This document shows, piece after piece, positions 57,674 to 64,000 of a stretch of DNA of 64,000 bases. The stretch comes from Verrucomicrobiota bacterium. GTDB lineage: Bacteria; Verrucomicrobiota; Verrucomicrobiia; Limisphaerales; CANJSG01. A program made the position numbers and the translations under genes. The stretch's first letter is position 1. Each line of letters starts with the position of its first letter. The notes below the pieces were generated by a model. That model ran no database searches, was not told the DNA's origin, and saw only the letters and a list, made by a program, of their open reading frames with translations. The DNA is taken from assembly GCA_038209745.1 (NCBI GenBank), contig JBBQXJ010000001.1:64001-128000 (forward strand), written 5' to 3'.

Positions 57674-58115
57674 AGGCGGATGGGCCGGATCATCCACACG
57701 TCGCGGACGCCAGCAGAATGGTTGGCTCCGACAAAGCGCGCCCCGGCCAGCGAGGAGAAGGTCGCGCCGAGAATGTCCGTCTCCATCCGAAGAACGCGGC
57801 ATCGGGCCTGCGGCCACGGACGATGCCAGATGTGGAACCTGCGTCGGGTGGAACCGGACTCGGTGAAGGCCGTGTAGCGCTCCATCAGAAACTCGTGCAA
57901 CGAACCATGCGGGCCCGCCTCGGTGCCCGGTGCGACCTCCAGTGCGACGTCGAGGAGAGGGCGAATCCCAATCGGCGGCGCCCGAAGGTTGACTCTCCGT
58001 TCGTCGGTCGGGTCTCCGGCTCCGCCGTTTTGGTCGGAACCGCTGGGTGTTTGAGGAGGCCGGCCTTCTTGGTTTTCTCCTTGGCGTTTCGCACGGTCGG
58101 CGCGGGACAAGTCAT
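57670..58115 (-). pseudogene. Degraded/truncated DUF2071 (YqjF-like) gene
   Basis: C-terminal GSLHEFLMERYTAF...IWHRPWP...DVWM is recognisable, but there is no room or in-frame start for a full N-terminus. Confidence 0.55.
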
Positions 58116-58118
58116 TGT

Positions 58119-58874
58119 TCAGCTTGGGCAAACGCAACTCGCGGCGAATGTCTCGCGGCGACCGGAGGCGTGCCATTCGTGGTCCAGATTTCTCATGAGA
58201 AAAGCGCTGTCGAAGACGGCGGCGGGGCCGAGCCTGGAGAAGAAGCTGGACTCGACCTCGTCCACTGCCAGCGGCGTCATGTGCCAGGCGGGGCAGTGCA
58301 GCTCCAAACCTTCCAGCTGACGCCCGTCGCGAGTCGGCGACCAACCGAGGGCCCCGGCCTGAAAGAACGCGCTCGCCTCTTCCAGCGAGTGGAAGATCGA
58401 ATTGTTCGGCAGCGTATCCGTTGGCCGGCCGCTCACGCTCACCGTCATGGCGCCGTCGTCGCTGCCTACCCCGACCGAAATCCGCTGGGCGTTGTCGCTC
58501 ACCTGGAACCGGGCTGCGTGGTGGCTTCCCGGAAACAATCGTCCACCCGCCATGCGATTGAACCAGCGATCGGTGTCGCGTCGGGGAATGAAGACTCCTT
58601 CACGCGTCGCGCCGTCCCCGTCCCATTCCACCGCGATGCGGTGGGCGGCGTTCTCGGACGATACGCCGCACCAACCCGGCAGACCGCGCGGCCGCACCTG
58701 CTCCAGTCGGATCAAGCAGATGCCGGCCATGCCCCATCCGTTCACCAGTTTCGGTCGAAATCCGGCGGGCACAAACGGCACCAGTGCGTCGGGCTTCACC
58801 CGGAAATTGACCAGGATGCGGCGCGCGATTCTCCCGGCGATGGCGGGCATGGAGAAGAGCGGTTTGCCATTCAT
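58119..58874 (-). CDS. DUF2071 domain protein
   Basis: GRIARRILVNFRV, AGICLIRL, SENAAHRIAVEW, GVFIPRRDT, GGRLFPG.HH, FDSAFLMR..HEW. Confidence 0.8.
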   Translation of the reverse strand: MNGKPLFSMPAIAGRIARRILVNFRVKPDALVPFVPAGFRPKLVNGWGMAGICLIRLEQVRPRGLPGWCGVSSENAAHRIAVEWDGDGATREGVFIPRRDTDRWFNRMAGGRLFPGSHHAARFQVSDNAQRISVGVGSDDGAMTVSVSGRPTDTLPNNSIFHSLEEASAFFQAGALGWSPTRDGRQLEGLELHCPAWHMTPLAVDEVESSFFSRLGPAAVFDSAFLMRNLDHEWHASGRRETFAASCVCPS

Positions 58875-59314
58875 GGTGTCTCGAAGAAGGCGGCGTGGCC
58901 GTGGTGCGGGTGGCCGGTGCGATCGGGGATCCGGCAGATTCCAAGAGTGTGGCGATTGCGGGCAACCCAGCGATAGGCCGCGCGCATCACTGGCCGGAGA
59001 GGCGGCAACCATGCGATCCAACCCAGTGGCGCGGTCCACCAGGCGGCCCGCAGGAGCGCGACGATGGCTTCGGTTCCCCCGATGCTGCGGCCGTCCGGCC
59101 ACAGCAGCTTCATCTCTTCGGGCATTTCGCCGGGCTTCAACCCCAGCCGCCCGGCCAGCCACGGATTCTGCAAGGGGACGAAGACGAACCCTCGCCGTTC
59201 GAACGGGCCGCCGAACCGCTTGAGCAGCCCCACGCACAGACCGCAGTCGTCGTCGTAGCCCACCCAACCTTGGACCGGGATGCTATCTTGTTTGTCGGTT
59301 GTTTCTGTATTCAC
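58871..59314 (-). CDS. DCC family thiol-disulfide oxidoreductase (DUF393)
   Basis: YDDDCGLC, FVPLQ, GGTEA, AYRWVARNRH. Confidence 0.85.
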   Translation of the reverse strand: MNTETTDKQDSIPVQGWVGYDDDCGLCVGLLKRFGGPFERRGFVFVPLQNPWLAGRLGLKPGEMPEEMKLLWPDGRSIGGTEAIVALLRAAWWTAPLGWIAWLPPLRPVMRAAYRWVARNRHTLGICRIPDRTGHPHHGHAAFFETP

Positions 59315-59336
59315 AGAAAAGTCTCCTCAAAAAAAC

Positions 59337-59870
59337 TCAGCTTCCGAGGCCGAGCAGTTTCACCGCCTTGTCGCCGAGCTTCAGGAACTTGGTCAGAGCC
59401 GCCACCGGCAGTTTCCGGACCTGTCCATACCAGCTGTCGGTCGTCTGGAAGAAGCCGTGCAGCTCGCGCAGCCGCTTCTCGGTGTAGTCGCTGGTTTCCT
59501 TGTCGTCCGCCGCCTGGTCGATGCACTCGCGGAGGACCGCCAACGTGGGGTCGATCTCGCGGCGCTTGCGTTCGTCCAGAACGATGCGGAACAGCTCCCA
59601 GACATCCTGGATGGATTCGAAGTGGTCGCGCCGGTCGCCCATCACGTGGACCACTTTCACGATGTGCCAGTTTTGGAGCTCCTTCAGGCTGTTGCTCACG
59701 TTCGACCGGGCGACGCCGAGGGTCTCGCAGATGTCCTCCGCGTTGAGCGGCTTGGGTGCGATGAAGAGGAGCGAATGGATCTGGGCGACGGTGCGGTTGA
59801 TCCCCCAGCGCACCCCCATCTCGCCCCAGTGCAGGACGAACCGCTCTTCGACTGGGGATAGTTTCTTCAT
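59337..59870 (-). CDS. GbsR/MarR family transcriptional regulator
   Basis: FVLHWGEMG.RWGINRTVAQIH.LL, LGVARSNVSNSLKEL, GDRRDHF, RKRREIDP. Confidence 0.9.
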   Translation of the reverse strand: MKKLSPVEERFVLHWGEMGVRWGINRTVAQIHSLLFIAPKPLNAEDICETLGVARSNVSNSLKELQNWHIVKVVHVMGDRRDHFESIQDVWELFRIVLDERKRREIDPTLAVLRECIDQAADDKETSDYTEKRLRELHGFFQTTDSWYGQVRKLPVAALTKFLKLGDKAVKLLGLGS

Positions 59871-59913
59871 TTCTGTTAAGACAGAATTAACGGAAATTTA
59901 AGTCGGCCGTCAA
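59869..59913 (-). promoter_or_regulatory. Palindromic operator overlapping the promoter and start of the GbsR-like gene
   Basis: ATTTCTGTTAA-GACAGAA-TTAACGGAAAT (59869-59897); minus-strand TTGACG at 59913-59908. Confidence 0.65.
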
Positions 59914-59951
59914 GGCCGGTCTTTGCGGGGACGGCCGGATCGAGTTCCGGC

Positions 59952-60872
59952 CTACTTCGCGCGCGGGTGGTATTTCCGGTGGATGTCGTGCAGGCGCTGA
60001 CCGGAGACGTGGGTGTAGATCTCGGTGGTGGCGATGTTCGCATGGCCGAGGAGTTCCTGGATGACGAGGAGGTCGGCGCCGTGCTCCAGCAGGTGCGTGG
60101 CGAAGCTGTGGCGGAGCATGTGGGGCGTGGCGTTCCGGGTGATGCCGGCGCGGCGGATGCAGCGCTTGATCCGGCCCCAGAGCGTCACGTGGGCGAAGCC
60201 GGTGCCGCGGTTGGTCAAGAAGACGTGGCCGGTGGACCTCTTGGTCAGGAGCGCGGGCCGGCCGACATTCAGGTAGTTCTTCAAGGCGGTCACGGCGGCG
60301 CGGCCGACGGGCACGACACGCTCCTTGTCGCCCTTGCCGATGACGGTGACGAAGCCTTCGTCCAAGTGGAGCTGCTCCAGCCGCAAGCCGCGCAGTTCCG
60401 CCAAGCGCAGGCCGGAGGCGTAGGCCAGTTCCATCACGGCCTGGTCGCAGAGCGTAGCGGGCGTGGCCTGGGCGGGGGGCTGGAGGATGGACTCGATCTC
60501 GACGGCGCTGAGGTCCTTGGGCAGGCGCTTGGCCCGCTTGGGCATCGAGAGGTTGGCGGCGGGATTGGAGGGAAGGTGCTCCTCGGTTTCGGCGAAGCGG
60601 AAGAGGGCCTTCAGCGCGGCGACCTGGAGATAGACGCTCTGGGAACTGAGCGTGGCGTTGCCGGGGCGGTTGGCGGCGGGCTTTCGTTCGCGTTCGGCCT
60701 GGAGGTAGTCGAGCAACACCGCCGGCGTGACCGCGTTCCACGACGCCACTCCGTGCGTCCCGGCCCAGGCGATGAATCGCTTCAACTGCGCGGCGTAGGT
60801 GCGCTGGGTGTTCTCCGCCTGCCCGCGCTCGTGCCGGACGTGGAACAGGAAGTCTTCAACGAGGGCGTCCAC
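59952..60872 (-). CDS. xerD: Site-specific tyrosine recombinase XerD/XerC
   Basis: ERGQAENTQRTY, YASGLRLAE, GKGDKERVVP, TPHMLRHSFATHLL, LLGHANIATTEIYTHV, HPRA; GTG start estimated. Confidence 0.85.
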   Translation of the reverse strand: MDALVEDFLFHVRHERGQAENTQRTYAAQLKRFIAWAGTHGVASWNAVTPAVLLDYLQAERERKPAANRPGNATLSSQSVYLQVAALKALFRFAETEEHLPSNPAANLSMPKRAKRLPKDLSAVEIESILQPPAQATPATLCDQAVMELAYASGLRLAELRGLRLEQLHLDEGFVTVIGKGDKERVVPVGRAAVTALKNYLNVGRPALLTKRSTGHVFLTNRGTGFAHVTLWGRIKRCIRRAGITRNATPHMLRHSFATHLLEHGADLLVIQELLGHANIATTEIYTHVSGQRLHDIHRKYHPRAK

Positions 60873-60877
60873 GCGGG

Positions 60878-61340
60878 GGAGTGTTGGAGTTATGGAGGGA
60901 TGGAGTGTCTGGGCCCCAGAACTCCGGCACTCCAACACTCCGTTCAAATCGGGGAAACGGACGGAAGCGAGGTGGCTCCCAATGGCAAAGCAAGTCGAGT
61001 AGCCCAGCCGTCCCGGCTGCGGGTTGTGGTGGCGTCTCGCCGCCAGTCCACTCCCGGCGGGACGCCCGGAGAACCCGCACGCTGGAAGCCTGCGCTACGG
61101 CGCGCGGAGCATCGCTCCGCCGGTTGGTGGGCATGTCCTCGCGGAGCAATGCTCCGCGCTCCGAACCGAGTGTCGTTCCGGTCAGCACCGGAGGTGCGGG
61201 AGAGAGTAGCCCCGGGCGTGAGCCCGGGGGGATGGCGGTAAAATGAGGAAGCCCCGGAGGGGCGACAGAGACGTTTCTGCCGCCCCTCCGGGGCTTCGTT
61301 CCAATCCGACGACCAACCCACAGCTCACGCTGTGGGCTAC
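60878..61340. repeat. Cluster of four different palindromic REP/REPIN-like units
   Basis: 60878-60941 octamer inverted repeat; 60999-61098, 61098-61163 and 61206-61340 inverted doublets, the last with a central AAGCCCCGGAGGGG..CCCCTCCGGGGCTT hairpin. Confidence 0.75.
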
Positions 61341-61431
61341 GGTCTGTCGACACGCTGCGGCTGGCCTGCCCGGACTCGGGCCAGACGTAGAACAGGGAGT
61401 CTTCAAAGAGGGTGGCCACGGGCAGTTATGG

Positions 61432-62184
61432 TTAGTCGTGGACTTCCCGGTAGAAGTAGATTCCTGGACCAATCTTCAATTGAAACGGCCAGTAGGACTC
61501 GAACGGCATTTCGGAAACTCCAATCCAAAGCGCGATCCGGTCTCTACGAATGCTGATAAATGAACCCAGAACGGGATCGATCACCCTCGTCACAACGACG
61601 TTTGTGCCGAGCAAATCCACGACACCCTCGGGCACATTGGCGTTTTGAATGGGAACCACATGGGCCAACGAAGAATATCCTTCCGGACGAGTTACCCCGG
61701 TTCTGCTGGTCCATGTTTTCGGGAGATTCGATTCGGAATCTTCTTCGAAGCGAGGTTGGGATTCGGCCCAACGGCGGAGCCCGTCCAAATCAAGCGTTTG
61801 AGCGAGCCTCCCCTCAGTCCCGCGCCGTTCCAAGAGACGGGGCACATCCCAGAAGTGGAGGTATGTCATCGGAATCAAGACAAGCGCCACCGCCATCAGC
61901 AACAGCCTGGTCAATACAACGCCGGTGAGCTTAGACCCTCTGTAGAGACGGATCGACACCGTCAGGCACATCACAAAGCCTAAACCAACTACAAGAAGGT
62001 CATTGCCCAGACCGGAACGGGGACCGAGATGTTCCAAGTTCCAGCCGGCGCGATAGGCGCTCTGCTGATCGGAAAGGCAGAACGTTGTGGAAATTGCAGC
62101 CAGCACCGCGACAAGGAGAACATCAGTCCTGAGCCGGGTAGGTCTTGCTGACGCCTTGGCCGAGATTTGAGAAGGGGGGCACAT
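61432..62184 (-). CDS. Hypothetical membrane protein (orphan-like)
   Basis: 250-aa ORF with three hydrophobic segments, visibly lower GC, co-oriented with purC; start uncertain. Confidence 0.55.
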   Translation of the reverse strand: MCPPSQISAKASARPTRLRTDVLLVAVLAAISTTFCLSDQQSAYRAGWNLEHLGPRSGLGNDLLVVGLGFVMCLTVSIRLYRGSKLTGVVLTRLLLMAVALVLIPMTYLHFWDVPRLLERRGTEGRLAQTLDLDGLRRWAESQPRFEEDSESNLPKTWTSRTGVTRPEGYSSLAHVVPIQNANVPEGVVDLLGTNVVVTRVIDPVLGSFISIRRDRIALWIGVSEMPFESYWPFQLKIGPGIYFYREVHD

Positions 62185-62235
62185 CCGGTCGGCTTTCTTT
62201 GTAGTGACTGTCTGCCCTCAACTTCTCTAGCCAAG

Positions 62236-63129
62236 TCAAAGTTTCCGACCCGTCAGCTTCTCGTACGCTTCGAAATACTTGGCTTGGGTCTTGGCCACGA
62301 CTTCGGCCGGCAGCGCGGGGGCGGGCGGGGTTTTGTCCCAGTCGAGGGTCAGGAGGTAGTCGCGGACGAACTGCTTGTCGTAGCTGGGTTGGCTGCGGCC
62401 GGGCGCGTATTGGTCGGCGGGCCAGAAGCGGGAGGAGTCGGGGGTCAGGACTTCGTCGATGAGGATCAGCTTCCCGCCGAAGAGGCCGAACTCGAACTTG
62501 GTGTCGGCGATGAGGATGCCACGTTGGCGGGCGTAGTCGCGGGCGAAGGTGTAGAGCCGCAGGCTGGCGGCGCGGGCCTGTTCGGCGATGTCGGCGCCGA
62601 CGATCTTCACGGCTTCGGCGAAGGGGATGTTTTCGTCGTGCCCAGTCTCGGCCTTGGTCGCTGGGGTGAAGATGGGTTCGGGCAGCTCGGAGGATTCGAC
62701 GAGGCCGGCGGGCAGCGGGATGCCGCAGACGGTCTGCTGCTTCCGGTATTCGTTCCAACCGGAGCCGGCGAGGTAGCCGCGCACGACGCACTCGATGGCG
62801 AGGGGCTCGGACTTCTTCACGATCATGCTGCGGCGGGCGAGCTGGGCGGCATGGGACTGGAGCGCGGCGGGCAGCGGGTCGTCGGCTTGGGCGAGCAGGT
62901 GGTTCGGCTGGAAGCCGGCGGTCTGCTCGAACCAGAAGTGCGACATCTGGGTGAGGACTTCGCCTTTGCGCGGGATGCCGTTGGGCATGACGCAGTCGAA
63001 GGCGGAGATGCGGTCGGTGGCGACGAAGAGGAGGGAGTCGCCCAGGTCGAAGACTTCCCGGACCTTTCCGCTTTTGATTTTGCGGATGCCGGGGAGATCA
63101 AGGTTCAGCAGCGTGCCGTCGTCGGACAT
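62236..63129 (-). CDS. purC: Phosphoribosylaminoimidazole-succinocarboxamide (SAICAR) synthase
   Basis: SGKVRE, ATDRISAFD, IECVVRGYLAGSG, FTPATKA, IADTKFEFG, DEVLTPDSSRFW, DKQFVRD. Confidence 0.96.
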   Translation of the reverse strand: MSDDGTLLNLDLPGIRKIKSGKVREVFDLGDSLLFVATDRISAFDCVMPNGIPRKGEVLTQMSHFWFEQTAGFQPNHLLAQADDPLPAALQSHAAQLARRSMIVKKSEPLAIECVVRGYLAGSGWNEYRKQQTVCGIPLPAGLVESSELPEPIFTPATKAETGHDENIPFAEAVKIVGADIAEQARAASLRLYTFARDYARQRGILIADTKFEFGLFGGKLILIDEVLTPDSSRFWPADQYAPGRSQPSYDKQFVRDYLLTLDWDKTPPAPALPAEVVAKTQAKYFEAYEKLTGRKL

Positions 63130-63238
63130 GGTGAAAGCATGGTCGGCGGCCGGCGCGGGCGGCAATGAGGATTCGGAGTCGAGGGGATCCGGCAACGATC
63201 GCTGCGGGGCGCGGAAGGCCACGTCCGCCGGCTCGATC

Positions 63239-64000
63239 CTACGGCTGGAGGGTGATCTTGCCCCAGTTGCGCGGCTCAAGGCGCAGCTCGAAGACGGCGT
63301 CGTCCACGAGGCCGGTGTGCCGGTTGTTCCAATAGTTGCGCAACCGGGTGCGGCGGCCGGCCGGGTCGCCGTAGGTGACGCCGAAATCTCCGTTCACGAC
63401 TGAGCCGGCGGAGGGTTTCCAGCCGAGATCGCCCAGGGGAATCGAGGCTTCCACGGTGTAGCCGCCGTTTTGCCGGGTCACCTTGAGGGTGGCGTCGGTG
63501 AGCACTTTCACGTCGGCCACGATGTAGCTGCTGACCACGCCGCTGCTGAAGGTCTTCGGATTCAGACCGGGACCGCTGGCCACAGGCCGGAAGAGGACGG
63601 CGGTGGGGGTTCCCTTCAGGTTGCCGATGGAAAGCCGCAGGTCCCCCTCCACCGCCTCTGCGCGTTTGGGATCGGCTTTGGGATTGGTCGCCAGCTGGAA
63701 GTCCACCGTGTCGCCTCCGGTGTAGAGCGACTCGGCCGTCTCGGCGCCATTCGTCCAAGGCGTCGAATCGGTCACCTGCCAGCCGAGATGGAGCGCGTTT
63801 TCGTCCCAGGCGATGGCGGCGCGGACCTTGGTGTCGGGACCCTTTTGGAAATCCGCCCATTCGACCCGGCCGAAGTCGCGGCCCAGGTCGCCGCTGAAGC
63901 GCGGGGTCGCCTTTTTCGCGGTGATTTTTTGGACGCCGACGTCCTGCTGGAGGAGCGCTTCGCGAAGACGGGTCGCTTGGGCAACGTCGGCTTCAGTCAG
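63239..64000 (-). CDS. C-terminal part of a large hypothetical protein with a CBM9/DOMON-like domain (runs off window end)
   Basis: Frame open to base 64000; AWDENALHLGWQV.D, GGDTVDFQL, YTVEASIPLGDLG, GDFGV, PRNWG. Confidence 0.65.
   Translation of the reverse strand: MTEADVAQATRLREALLQQDVGVQKITAKKATPRFSGDLGRDFGRVEWADFQKGPDTKVRAAIAWDENALHLGWQVTDSTPWTNGAETAESLYTGGDTVDFQLATNPKADPKRAEAVEGDLRLSIGNLKGTPTAVLFRPVASGPGLNPKTFSSGVVSSYIVADVKVLTDATLKVTRQNGGYTVEASIPLGDLGWKPSAGSVVNGDFGVTYGDPAGRRTRLRNYWNNRHTGLVDDAVFELRLEPRNWGKITLQP

Noticed and set aside
59952..60872. Integrase of a genomic island or integron with attC cassettes
   Set aside because: Housekeeping XerD/XerC features (HPRA end, no IntI insertion); no tRNA or att site; nearby palindromes lack RYYYAAC/GTTRRRY ends
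60878..61340. CRISPR array or tRNA
   Set aside because: Units are inverted doublets of different families, not direct repeats with spacers; no cas genes, no cloverleaf or T-loop

Overview
High-GC bacterial chromosomal segment, most likely Verrucomicrobiota. The call rests on a PVC-type CxxCH heme protein, a DUF1592/DUF1552 pair, H-X9-DG prepilin-like proteins and futalosine menaquinone genes. It holds about 55 CDS. Housekeeping genes include queG, aroK, mqnA, mqnC, manA, accA, eno, sodC, dprA, pyc, xerD and purC. Carbohydrate-active enzymes include a GH10, a GH42, an SGNH esterase and unassigned GH-like proteins. No rRNA, tRNA, CRISPR array or prophage was seen. Most notable: (1) a flavin halogenase-lipoprotein-MMPL::acyltransferase fusion-LolA-FabZ-(MFS/spermidine synthase-like) lipid tailoring/export operon with no ketosynthase or ACP in the window; (2) a VTC polyphosphate polymerase-DUF4956-HlyD operon behind pho-box-like 11-bp repeats; (3) several GTAG-type REP/REPIN-like palindrome families, some translated in-frame inside pyc, the heme protein and lolA; (4) a GH42 lacking its acid/base Glu and Zn cysteines; (5) a cysteine-free Cu/Zn SOD; (6) a 490-bp internally deleted ISAs1-like element with TIRs and a target-site duplication; (7) a GbsR-DUF393-DUF2071-TIGR01777 operon with a visible operator. 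Family calls come from motif recognition by eye, not database searches, and several start codons are estimates.
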